Shown piece by piece: positions 10,405 through 19,365 of a stretch of 32,000 nt of DNA (positions are counted from its first letter, which is position 1; every line of letters starts with the position of its first letter). The notes below the pieces were generated by a model. That model saw only the letters and a program-made list of their open reading frames with translations, was not told the DNA's origin and searched no databases. Position numbers and translations under genes: made by a program. Source of the DNA: Nostoc sp. PCC 7120 = FACHB-418 (GTDB lineage Bacteria; Cyanobacteriota; Cyanobacteriia; Cyanobacteriales; Nostocaceae); NCBI RefSeq assembly GCF_000009705.1, contig NC_003272.1, positions 5,910,001-5,942,000 of the forward strand. The letters run 5' to 3'.

Positions 10405-10536
10405 TTAATTAGCCGCATCAAGAATTTGCTGTGCGGTTAAATTTAACTGGGGAAAGCTAGGTGATGCGATCGCGCTATTCCCTTGAAATCCCGTCAATTC
10501 ATGGAAGGTTAATAATTTGGTCAATGCTTGGGTCAT
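10405..10536 (-). CDS. Candidate small ORF (43 aa), unknown function
   Basis: My own translation: MTQALTKLLTFHELTGFQGNSAIASPSFPQLNLTAQQILDAAN, stop TAA. The ATG at 10536 is preceded by GGAGGT with a 6-nt spacer (plus strand reads ...catgctattacctccac). It lies 72 nt downstream of, and co-directional with, the Pro/Thr-rich gene. It is below the 60-aa track cutoff. Confidence 0.35.
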   Translation of the reverse strand: MTQALTKLLTFHELTGFQGNSAIASPSFPQLNLTAQQILDAAN

Positions 10537-10608
10537 GCTATTACCTCCACACCCAAATTATACATTCGTAGATAATCATCAGGTGAAGACCTAGAGTCAG
10601 CGACGCGA

Positions 10609-11871
10609 CTATTGACCAGTTGGCTCTATTGTCACTCTGACAAAAAAATTACTGAAGTCTGGTTTGCTTCCATCCCGATTATGTCCAGGAGTAAAGCTTT
10701 CGTTTTTGAACAAATCACCAATAAGTTGCTCATATAAGCTTTTCTCAGCTTGTAAACTTGCTGGCTCTATGTTGATCACGATCGCCTGTTGGAAGTTACC
10801 ATTTTTATCAATTACCAAACTGGCTAGTAACTGTGTCGGCTTAATTGGAGAATCGCCAGGAAGATAGCTAGAGTCTACAGTTTTTGAACTACTTCCTTGG
10901 TATGCAGACAAGACTTCTGGTAAATCATTGACTAATTGACGTGCTTCTGACTCTGCCAGAGGAGTCAATGTGGCGATGGCGTTCCGCCCACCGGAGGTGA
11001 TCGCTCCCCTGGCGGTAGAATTTGCATTATCCTCAGTGGGGGTGTTTGCAGGTTCTTCTGTTGGAGTTGGTGTATATTGCTCAGTAGGAATTTTTGCAGT
11101 TTCTCCTGTTGGGGTTGGTGAATTGTCCCCAGATGGAGTGTTTGCCGTTTCACCGTTAGCATTAGCTGGGTTATCCTGCGTTGGAGTGTTTGCAGTTTCT
11201 CCAGAGGATGTATCTGGGGTGTCTTCTTCATCTCGCGGAGTTTTGTCTTCTACTGCTTCCGACTCTTGTACTTGTTCCGGTGTAACAGGTGGAATATCTG
11301 AAGGTAGGGGTTTTCCCTGTCCCAGTTCGATTTCTTCACGACGATTCCAAGGAAGTTCACCTACAGGAACTGTTGGAGTAGGAGTGGGTTCTGTTTCTGT
11401 GGTTGGTGTAGGAGTGGGTTCTGCTTCTGTGGTAGGTGTAGGTGTAGGTTCTGGTTCTGTAGTTGGTGTAGATACCGATTGAGGAAAAACTTTCACCTTA
11501 GATTGAGCAACATTATTATTTTCCTGCTGGGATTGCTCACCAGAATTTACAATCTCAGCATCCTGATTTATGGAAGTTTGTGGTGGTTGTGTTGTGGTAG
11601 TGTTTGGTACAGACTGTTGAGGTGGTGACGAAGCAGGTTCATCTGTAGAGTTAGTCTGAGGTGTAACTTCTATCAACTCTATAGGGACAACACTTTGATC
11701 TTGCGGTGGAAACCACAAACCCACAGTACTAGATGAACGTATTAACCAAAAAGCTAATAAGTGGAGTGAAGCTGAACCTATAGCTACAGCAAACCATAGA
11801 CCAGGTGGATCATTATGTCTCCGCCAGACTTTAGCGGGAGTGGGAGTTTTATCCGCTACCGATGTTGTCAT
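10609..11871 (-). CDS. Membrane-anchored Pro/Thr-rich repeat protein, TonB-like organisation
   Basis: 420-aa ORF. It has an N-terminal basic stretch plus one TM helix (PGLWFAVAIGSASLHLLAFWLI). A long P/T/E-rich linker carries TPTPTTExEP repeats and GETANTP repeats. The ~90-aa C-terminal globular part (LVIDKNGNFQQAIVINIEP...FTP) resembles the TonB C-terminal pattern. The TonB assignment is inference only. Confidence 0.7.
   Translation of the reverse strand: MTTSVADKTPTPAKVWRRHNDPPGLWFAVAIGSASLHLLAFWLIRSSSTVGLWFPPQDQSVVPIELIEVTPQTNSTDEPASSPPQQSVPNTTTTQPPQTSINQDAEIVNSGEQSQQENNNVAQSKVKVFPQSVSTPTTEPEPTPTPTTEAEPTPTPTTETEPTPTPTVPVGELPWNRREEIELGQGKPLPSDIPPVTPEQVQESEAVEDKTPRDEEDTPDTSSGETANTPTQDNPANANGETANTPSGDNSPTPTGETAKIPTEQYTPTPTEEPANTPTEDNANSTARGAITSGGRNAIATLTPLAESEARQLVNDLPEVLSAYQGSSSKTVDSSYLPGDSPIKPTQLLASLVIDKNGNFQQAIVINIEPASLQAEKSLYEQLIGDLFKNESFTPGHNRDGSKPDFSNFFVRVTIEPTGQ
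11375..11470. repeat. In-frame 30-bp tandem repeat, ~3.2 copies, inside the Pro/Thr-rich gene
   Basis: Units at 11375-11404, 11405-11434 and 11435-11464, plus a partial unit. The consensus is ggtgtaggagtgggttctgcttctgtggta. On the minus strand it encodes PTPTTE(P/A/T)EPT repeats. Confidence 0.9.
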
Positions 11872-11924
11872 ATTTAGATATAAATATATGATTCGGAGCT
11901 ATTGCTAGTGAATCTAGGTGAATA

Positions 11925-14900
11925 TTAACGGTTAACCATTAATTCTGATTTCACAGCAAAAGTCAGAACTGTTTCATCTATTCCTTTAAGTTTTAGCGGA
12001 CTACCTTTAGTAATTTCTTCGTCTTGTAAATAATCTGCTACAGCAGCAGAAACCAGAATTGTACCGGGAACAGCAGCCGATTGCAATCGAGCAGCGATAT
12101 TGACACTAGGCCCAATGGCAGTATAGTCAGCACGTTCAGCACTACCAAACATTCCCACAACCGCCGTCCCTTGGTGAATACCACAGCGAAACTGCACACC
12201 GCCATAATCATGAGTATCAAAGATCCCCTGATTCCGCCAACGCTGGTTTAATTGGGCCAATGAGCTGTGCATAGCTCTAGCCGTATTGACTGCTCGACGC
12301 ACCTGCTCATTAGGTGTGAGTTCTTCTGGCGCTCCATAGAGAGCTAAGATAGCATCTCCCATAAACTTATCTACAGTGCCACCATTATCAAACACAGCTT
12401 TAGTCATGAACTCTAAATACTCATTCAGTAATTCTGCCACTCGCCGGGATCTGAGAGTGTTGGCTAACTGTGTAAAACCAACGATGTCGCTAAACAACAC
12501 CGTAATTAAACGCGGTTCTGGACGCAAATCTAAGCTCAAAGAACCCGCAGCCGCTTTCGACACCAAAGCAGGCGGCAAAAAGCGCTTAAGAACTGATTCT
12601 GTTAGGTAAGTATTTAACTCCAAAACTCGCTTTTCATTTTCCTTCAAAGCTAGAAGATTGCGAACCTCTGCCAGAAGTTCCCGGTCATTAAATGGTTTTG
12701 CTAAATAAGCATCCGCCCCATGTTCTGTGCTTTCGATGCGGGTTTCCTCATCCACCTTTGCGGTTAGCAAAATGATTGGCGTTCCTTTCACCTTTTCATC
12801 GTTGCGAACCATCCGAATCATCTCTAACCCAGTTACCAAAGGCATCATCAAATCCGTAACAATTAGATTAGGAGTCAGTTCTTGGACTTTACTAAATCCT
12901 TCATAGCCGTTACGAGCTGTATAGACTTGATAGCCACTACGGCGGAGAATATCGGATACGTAAGTTCGCAAATCCGGGTTGTCATCAACAACGAGGATTG
13001 AATGTGTGGATTGCTGTGTGCTGTTTGCTGTATGCTGAGTCTCAGAAATAGGTAAGGGATTAATAGTTTCTATATCTATATTTTCTAGTGTTGGTTCTAC
13101 CAGTTCTAAATCAGCTAGTTCTACACTAGCCCGGCTAGTGGTCAGTTCAACAGGCGTATCTGATACTTGCTGTAGAGGTAAGTGAGCATTACCGATAACT
13201 AGCCATAGGGTAAAGGTTGTACCCTTACCATAGACTGATTCGACAGTAACTCTACCACCGTGTAGTTCTACTAATTCTTTTACTAAGGCTAAACCTAAGC
13301 CGCTACCTTCATAGGAGCGATTTTCTGAACCTTCGGCTTGGCGGAAGCGCTCAAACAGATGGGGAATTTGCTCTTTAACAATGCCAATACCTGTATCTTG
13401 GACTTGCAAGATGCAGTGGTGTCCCTGGGATTGTAACTTGACACTGATTGTGCCACCTTCTGGTGTAAATTTCATGGCATTTGACAGCAAGTTATAAACC
13501 ACCTTGTCAAATTTTTCCATGTCTATATAGACAGTAGGACATTCATCTAATTCTGTAGTCAGATGTAGCGCCTTTTTTTCGCAGTAGGGGCGAAATGACT
13601 CAACAATTTGACTGACAAAATCCACTAAATCACAAGGACGGAAACTAGGCTGCATTCTCCCTGCATCGAGACGTTGCAAATCTAGTAGTTGGTTAACTAA
13701 CCGCAACAACCGTCGGGAGTTACGCAAGGCGATCGCACTTTGGGCATAAGATAACCCCTCCCCTGTTCCCACTGCCGATTCTAACGGCCCTTGAATTAAG
13801 GTGATGGGAGTACGAAATTCGTGGGATATGTTTTGAAAAAATTCGGTTTTTTGCTTGTCTAGTTGCAGCAGGCGCTCGGCTTGTTCGCGGGTTTTCTGGT
13901 ATAAATGGGACTGTTGTACGGCGATCGCTGCTTGTGCGGCTACAGCTTTTGCCAGTTCAATATCAGCTGATAGCCACTGCCTAGCTCTCTTCCCTTCTCG
14001 CAGGGTAATACTGCCTATACATTTGCCATCCGCCAGTAGAGGCACAACCATGAGCGATCGCGCTGGCATTTTCAAATGTAAATCAAACCTTTTGGTTTCC
14101 CAATCCGAATGATTCATATCCGTAATTATTACAGGCTCATGGGTTTTTAATATTTCCTGTAAAATTGGATTTTCTAAAATAGGTGCTTGGGACTCTGGTA
14201 ATTCCTGAGTTATCAGACGGTGATTGTCTAGTGAGTCTTCGCTATGTCGAGAACTATCATACAAGCCTACACACTTGACAAACTCATCCTCTTCCGTCCA
14301 CAAAGACAAGACACATCCATCCACTTGTAAAGCTTGCCCCAATTTTTGGGTAATTGCTGCAAAAATATCTTCAGGGTTGAGACTAGAGCGAATCGCTGTT
14401 GTAATGGTATTGATCAAGGACTCTCGTTTTGCCAGCGCCCGTACCTGTTCATAAGCATAAGCCTGGGACAAAGCCAAGGCAGCTTGATCTGCTACCATCA
14501 AAACTAACTGCACTTCTTCTTCTCCCCAGACGCGTGCTTGGGAACATTGATGCAGTGCCAAAACAGCCATCAGTTCTTGTTGGCAAATCAGTGGCACAAC
14601 TAAACTAGAACGGATATCAGCCGCAGCAAACGCATCATTTCTGTGCTGTAGTTCGGGGCTATCTCCGTGAATGCGCTCATCACCTGCCACATCATGAATT
14701 ATCTGCACTTCGCGGGTTTCCCAGACAGTATCAGCCAGAATAGTCAGAGGGGCAGAATCATGTATAGTTTTTTCTACTGCGGCTGGAGAATCTTTTTGGT
14801 AGACAAATCCTTCATCTACTAATTGACCATCTTGAAAAGAACGTAATAAACAGACATCCACCTCTAACATATGACCAACTGTATCGACAATTGCTTGCAA

Positions 14901-15392
14901 AATTTGTCGATAGTCTAAAGCACTACGAATTGTATTGGTGACGGTGTTCAGCAGTGACTCTTGACGCAGCGTGCGGGTTAGTTCACGAGTGCGGGCTTTA
15001 AGAACATTGTGAGTATCCAGGGCTTGGCGGACTACTGCTTTGAGTTCTTCGGCTTCCCAAGGTTTGGTGACATATTTGAATACCTTACCAGCATTAATTG
15101 CTTCTACTAAGTCTTCTACGTCAGTGTAACCAGTTAATATAATCCGAATAATATCTGGATATTGTGTAGCTGTCAGGCTCAAAAATTCCGTACCACTCAT
15201 GATCGGCATTCGCTGATCGGAGATGATCACTGCGATCTCTCCCTCTTGCGCCAGCAGATCCAGTGCCGCAGGGCCAGATATAGCTCTCAGCACCTTGTAG
15301 TCACGATAAAAGGTGCGGTAAAGCAGGTCAAGGTTGTCTGGCTCATCATCAACAACCAAAATTTTGGGCTTACTGTTTACTGGGGATTTCAT
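11925..15392 (-). CDS. cyaC: Multidomain class III adenylate cyclase CyaC (REC-GAF-GAF-HisKA/HATPase-REC-cyclase)
   Basis: 1155-aa ORF. Approximate domains:
- REC1, aa 11-125 (DDEPDN...SDQRMP, Asp59; nt ~15362-15018)
- GAF1, aa ~148-305
- GAF2, aa ~325-495
- HisKA with H-box SHEFRTPIT (His524) plus HATPase (DTGIGI, GSGLGLALV), aa ~512-735 (nt ~13859-13188)
- REC2, aa ~798-915 (VVDDNPD...VTDLMMP, Asp847)
- cyclase domain, aa ~960-1150 (VLFSDIVGFT, KFMGDAILALYGAP, YTAIGPSVNIAARL; nt ~12515-11943)
Length and architecture match what I recall for Anabaena PCC 7120 / Spirulina CyaC. Confidence 0.93.
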   Translation of the reverse strand: MKSPVNSKPKILVVDDEPDNLDLLYRTFYRDYKVLRAISGPAALDLLAQEGEIAVIISDQRMPIMSGTEFLSLTATQYPDIIRIILTGYTDVEDLVEAINAGKVFKYVTKPWEAEELKAVVRQALDTHNVLKARTRELTRTLRQESLLNTVTNTIRSALDYRQILQAIVDTVGHMLEVDVCLLRSFQDGQLVDEGFVYQKDSPAAVEKTIHDSAPLTILADTVWETREVQIIHDVAGDERIHGDSPELQHRNDAFAAADIRSSLVVPLICQQELMAVLALHQCSQARVWGEEEVQLVLMVADQAALALSQAYAYEQVRALAKRESLINTITTAIRSSLNPEDIFAAITQKLGQALQVDGCVLSLWTEEDEFVKCVGLYDSSRHSEDSLDNHRLITQELPESQAPILENPILQEILKTHEPVIITDMNHSDWETKRFDLHLKMPARSLMVVPLLADGKCIGSITLREGKRARQWLSADIELAKAVAAQAAIAVQQSHLYQKTREQAERLLQLDKQKTEFFQNISHEFRTPITLIQGPLESAVGTGEGLSYAQSAIALRNSRRLLRLVNQLLDLQRLDAGRMQPSFRPCDLVDFVSQIVESFRPYCEKKALHLTTELDECPTVYIDMEKFDKVVYNLLSNAMKFTPEGGTISVKLQSQGHHCILQVQDTGIGIVKEQIPHLFERFRQAEGSENRSYEGSGLGLALVKELVELHGGRVTVESVYGKGTTFTLWLVIGNAHLPLQQVSDTPVELTTSRASVELADLELVEPTLENIDIETINPLPISETQHTANSTQQSTHSILVVDDNPDLRTYVSDILRRSGYQVYTARNGYEGFSKVQELTPNLIVTDLMMPLVTGLEMIRMVRNDEKVKGTPIILLTAKVDEETRIESTEHGADAYLAKPFNDRELLAEVRNLLALKENEKRVLELNTYLTESVLKRFLPPALVSKAAAGSLSLDLRPEPRLITVLFSDIVGFTQLANTLRSRRVAELLNEYLEFMTKAVFDNGGTVDKFMGDAILALYGAPEELTPNEQVRRAVNTARAMHSSLAQLNQRWRNQGIFDTHDYGGVQFRCGIHQGTAVVGMFGSAERADYTAIGPSVNIAARLQSAAVPGTILVSAAVADYLQDEEITKGSPLKLKGIDETVLTFAVKSELMVNR

Positions 15393-15984
15393 GCACCGCT
15401 TTCCTGCTGTAACGGCAGTCGGATAAAGGTTAATCTCATTGGGAAGGATTGGTTCACAGTAATTTGCCTCAATGGCTTTTTAGGGCTGCCATTTGCGCTA
15501 GTGCAGTGCAATTGGTCTCGTTATCAAGTTTTGCTTTACAGATTTGATGCTTATTAGTCAAATCTTGCCTCACCTCCAACAAAAACATTTCAGTCTTACT
15601 GTATACATTCTTCGAGTCTGGTGCAAAAACCAACTAGATGAAGCTACATATTAAGTTTGCCCGTTGTGACAGTTGTGCTAACACATTTAAGTAAATTTTA
15701 TTTATAGCAGTTATCTTAGAGTAAGAGGACAGCAATTAGGGGCTAGGCTTTCTCCGTAAGCGTCAGTATTAAAAGATATGACAGAGCATTGCTTCCCCAG
15801 AGAGGTAAGCGTAGCATCCCACAAGGAAGTCTTAGCCGAGTATCTGAGAGTCTTCGCACTAAATTTGTGATACACTGAGCGCTCAGACTGCCTAAGTTTT
15901 GTCGAAGTCTCAAAATTTTACGTCGCCGTCCGAACAGAATTGGGCTAAGAGTGCGAAAGCCTAAGGAGACGGATGGAATAATAG

Positions 15985-16012
15985 TTGACAACTGACCACT
16001 GACCATTGACTA
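15985..16012. repeat. STRR-like heptamer array (TTGACAA CTGACCA CTGACCA TTGACTA)
   Basis: Read directly. It is the reverse-complement family of the CAGTGGT/CAGTTGT array at 19288-19317. Confidence 0.85.
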
Positions 16013-16719
16013 TTAAATCAATTTACAAGTTCAATTTTCCCAGTTGCTGTTTAGAATATTTGAGAAGATTTTATTTGAATAATATAAATATTCAACTAGC
16101 CTTGACATCCTGGTTTTTTGATCCATCTAGCCACAAGCCAGTCACAGCAGATACTAAGCCAAGTTCTCACCAGGTTCACATTCGTGCTGCTACACCTGCT
16201 GATTTGACTAGTATCGCCCAAATTATTGCGGAAAGTTTTCACTCTCAGAATGGTTTCTGGGGATGGGCTTTTCCACTACTCCGCTTGGGTATTTATGAAG
16301 ATTTCAAACATCGCCTATTATCGCCTACCCCCCATCACCTTTGTTTGGTTGCTGTGGAAACTACCAACAATGGAGTTGATCGGTTAGTGGGAACGGTAGA
16401 AGTTGGCGTACGTTTTAGTGATTACTGGACGCAGACGGGCAAAAGCTTTCCTTACCTGTCTAATTTAGCGGTTCATCCTCAATACCGTAGGCATGGTGTG
16501 GCTTCAAAATTGCTTGTCAAATGTGAGCAAGTTTCCCAAGAATGGGGATTTCAGAATTTATACCTGCACGTTCTGGAAAATAACTATCAAGCGCGTCAGC
16601 TCTATTTTAAGTTAGGATATCAGGTACACAAAATTGATTCTCACTGGAATAGTTTTTTATTTCGCCGCTCTCAACACATTCTTCTGCACAAACACATCAA
16701 TATCATTTCCACTAGCTAA
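16006..16719 (+). CDS. GNAT family N-acetyltransferase (start codon uncertain)
   Basis: Track ORF of 237 aa. The GNAT core runs from ~HIRAATPADLTSIAQII, with the acetyl-CoA motif AVHPQYRRHGVASKLL. The ORF contains no ATG at all. In-frame TTG candidates are at 16006 (inside the heptamer array, so doubtful), 16060, 16075 and 16102. Confidence 0.78.
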   Translation: MTIKSIYKFNFPSCCLEYLRRFYLNNINIQLALTSWFFDPSSHKPVTADTKPSSHQVHIRAATPADLTSIAQIIAESFHSQNGFWGWAFPLLRLGIYEDFKHRLLSPTPHHLCLVAVETTNNGVDRLVGTVEVGVRFSDYWTQTGKSFPYLSNLAVHPQYRRHGVASKLLVKCEQVSQEWGFQNLYLHVLENNYQARQLYFKLGYQVHKIDSHWNSFLFRRSQHILLHKHINIISTS

Positions 16720-17544
16720 ATTAATTGTTTGTGAGAAAAAGTGCAGTGATAAAACGGTTCTTTTCGGTTCATTGTAGAGAACAACCTCTATAGGAGTCTC
16801 ATACAGTCGTGATTGAAAATTTATGTTCTAGGAGGTACTTAATCATGGAATTATTATTCTCTGAACAGAATTTTTAATTCATAAACTTTTATCAATCACC
16901 TTAATATTTTGGTTAAATCTTATGAATTAGTAAGCATTCACCACTCACTAATAAGACACTCATAGATTTTCCAGTAAGATTAACTTCATAAAGCTGTATG
17001 CTATCATTCCTTCTTGCCTTAGTGCTAGCCTCTACGGACAATAGCTATGAATCCTTATGTGAGGATGGTTCTAAATGAATTTGTACTAACTCTTCTGTGG
17101 AAATAATGCTATCTCAGCTTTTTGATTGACTTTATATTATTTCGACCAAGAAATATAATATGAATATCTCATCTTCATATAAAACGTGAATTTGCTATAA
17201 TATTACCAAATAAAAATATTGCGAAATATCAATTTTTAGATAAACAGCAATATCAGTAGAACTACCTTAAATAAATTATTAAATCCTTACAATAACTTAT
17301 CATTAAATATATTAGACTTTATCAAAACTTTAAACAAAATGCACGTATTTTTAGAGACAATATTGATTAATTCACATACAATGTGATCACTCGATTAATG
17401 ACTTGCATTAATATATTTGTATCTTAGTTAAATTGAACAACCAATTTATATTACTAAGAAGCAATAAAAACTGAAGTGGTTTTAACCATAAATATCCACT
17501 TTAAGTTGTCCACACAACTCAGTTATTAAAAAGTTTGCAAAAAC

Positions 17545-18084
17545 ATGGATAGCGAAAAACTCCACCGCTATCAAACTACTATGGTATCAACTTACTACCC
17601 TGACACAAGTTGCCTTGACGATTTTGTCATGCTAGATGGGACTGAGCAATCACATAGCTCGGACGTTCTGACACTTCTGCACAGTGGAGAAGTTTTTATC
17701 GTCAATAGTCGGAGACGGAACGGATTAATATTATTTAAGCGCTACCATGCAGAATTTGCGGGTCCAGGGGCAGCGATTGGTGGGGACTATGATTGTGATT
17801 GCCAAAAGGTCATACCCATAGGCAATCTTTCTTTGTTAAGCCCTGAATCTTATGAAGAACGCCAAAAAGCTTATTTAATCCGACGACAATGGATTCGTTT
17901 AATTAAACAAATTACAGAAAACCCAGTACCTCAGCAGCGAGTGCAGAAGATTCTGGATCAGTTCGAGCAATACTTTCCACCTACGACGGTAGCTGATTTA
18001 CCCGATGTTGCTTTTGCTTTGTTAGTAGGAGTGCTACCACAAACTGCGGGAATGGTACGTCGTTGGGGTAGTGAAACGGAATAG
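17545..18084 (+). CDS. Hypothetical protein, 179 aa, no family recognised; possible C-terminal helix-turn-helix
   Basis: It is the only long ORF in this interval and has an ATG start. It is flanked by a long AT-rich non-coding tract. The C-terminal DVAFALLVGVLPQTAGMVRR fits the Ala5-Gly9-Val10 HTH spacing (weak inference). Confidence 0.6.
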   Translation: MDSEKLHRYQTTMVSTYYPDTSCLDDFVMLDGTEQSHSSDVLTLLHSGEVFIVNSRRRNGLILFKRYHAEFAGPGAAIGGDYDCDCQKVIPIGNLSLLSPESYEERQKAYLIRRQWIRLIKQITENPVPQQRVQKILDQFEQYFPPTTVADLPDVAFALLVGVLPQTAGMVRRWGSETE

Positions 18085-18125
18085 ATTGATATTTGGGGAT
18101 TGGTAATCGGTAATTTGTGTCTCCT

Positions 18126-19280
18126 CTAGCCTACAAGCTCTGGCTTTATTAAGGCTGTTTGTATATGGTTAAGCGTGCGGATGTTTTCTTCAGGTGTACC
18201 TATGGTAATTCTCAATCCGCCGCTTATTTGCCGTACTAATGTGCCAGAATTCTTGAGTTGTTGATGAAGATTTAGTAAAGTAGTGTCTGATGAATTGTCA
18301 CTATCTGCTTTCAGACGCAAGAAAATAAAGTTGGCGGCACTTTCTGCAACGGCTAGTGCAGGATGCTGAGAGAAGGCATTAATCAGCTTGGTGCGTTCAT
18401 CTAGAGTTTGAGGAATGGATTCTAGTAAGATGGCGCGATTTTGTAAGGCAACTAAAGCAGATGCAATGGAGAAACTAGGTAGATTGTAAGGTAAGCGGAC
18501 TTTTTCTAAAATAGCGATCGCTTCTGGATGAGCGACACAATAGCCAACGCGCATGGCTGCTAATCGAAAAGCTTTAGAAAATGTGCGTAGAATTATCCAA
18601 TTAGGACGCTGTGCCAATTCGCTGACTAGGGTATTTTGGCTAAACTCAAAATAAGCTTCGTCAACTACTACTAAAATTCGTTCGCTGAGACTTTTCAACC
18701 ATCTCAACTCATTTGCAGTTAAAGGATTAGCTGTGGGGGAATTGGGATGAACGACGAACACCACCCGAATGGGAGGATTTAGAGTTTGTTCAATTGCAGA
18801 TTGAGCTGCTGTTAAGTCGATGGCAAAATTATCAGGATTCCTTGATACCGACACGACAGGAATACCCAAAGTTTGTGCCAAAATCCCATACATGGAAAAG
18901 GTGGGATTAGCAACGAGAATAGACCCTTCTCCGCTTAAACACGTAGCAATTAATAAAGAACGGATTAATTCATCCGAACCATTACCGACAGATATATTAG
19001 CGGCGGTAAACCGTAATGATGAAATATTAGCGGATTCGTTGACATATTCGGCGATCGCACTTTTAAGTGTCTCATGTCCGCCATCAGGATAACGATTACT
19101 TTCAATTACTTGCTGAAAAGTCCAGGCGAGCTTTTGTTTTAACTCAGGAGGCAAATCATAGGGGCTTTCGTTAGTATCCAACCGATCCAATTGGGGCGGG
19201 ACGGCTGAGGCTGTATCGCTGCTGGGATGAGGTTTGTAGGCGTTAAATTGGGCTAAATCTGAGCGGATAAAAGGAAGCAT
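18126..19280 (-). CDS. hisC: Histidinol-phosphate aminotransferase (class II PLP aminotransferase)
   Basis: 384-aa ORF. N-terminal YKP...[23 protein letters not shown], and PLP-lysine context [16 protein letters not shown]. Confidence 0.88.
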   Translation of the reverse strand: MLPFIRSDLAQFNAYKPHPSSDTASAVPPQLDRLDTNESPYDLPPELKQKLAWTFQQVIESNRYPDGGHETLKSAIAEYVNESANISSLRFTAANISVGNGSDELIRSLLIATCLSGEGSILVANPTFSMYGILAQTLGIPVVSVSRNPDNFAIDLTAAQSAIEQTLNPPIRVVFVVHPNSPTANPLTANELRWLKSLSERILVVVDEAYFEFSQNTLVSELAQRPNWIILRTFSKAFRLAAMRVGYCVAHPEAIAILEKVRLPYNLPSFSIASALVALQNRAILLESIPQTLDERTKLINAFSQHPALAVAESAANFIFLRLKADSDNSSDTTLLNLHQQLKNSGTLVRQISGGLRITIGTPEENIRTLNHIQTALIKPELVG

Positions 19281-19287
19281 AATTAAT

Positions 19288-19317
19288 CAGTTGTCAGTGG
19301 TCAGTTGTCAGTGGTCA
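19288..19317. repeat. STRR-like heptamer array (CAGTTGT CAGTGGT x2), with inverted ACAACTA ACAACTG copies at ~19328-19341
   Basis: Read directly in the hisC-esterase spacer. Confidence 0.85.
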
Positions 19318-19365
19318 ATAGCAAATTACAACTAACAACTGACACAAAACATTTATCAGGAGAGT

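Noticed and set aside
10970-11482. 170-aa plus-strand ORF rich in VGVGVGS repeats.
   Set aside because: It is the antisense reading of the Pro/Thr-repeat region of the 420-aa minus-strand gene. The repeat structure keeps the opposite frame open artificially.
15162-15557. 131-aa plus-strand ORF spanning the cyaC start.
   Set aside because: It mostly overlaps the REC1-coding part of cyaC in antisense. The intergenic tail has no coding features.
15743-16006. 87-aa minus-strand ORF in the cyaC/GNAT spacer.
   Set aside because: It is an Arg/Leu-rich, low-complexity translation with no start context. It begins inside a heptamer repeat. More likely non-coding (see the finding on this region).
17372-17390. 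CRP/cAMP-receptor-like site near TCACATACAATGTGATCAC. TGTGA also occurs at ~15668 and ~15867 upstream of cyaC.
   Set aside because: The half-sites are in the wrong order or spacing for TGTGA-N6-TCACA, and the cyaC-upstream cases lack a second half-site. I kept it only as part of the symmetric element noted in the AT-rich tract finding.
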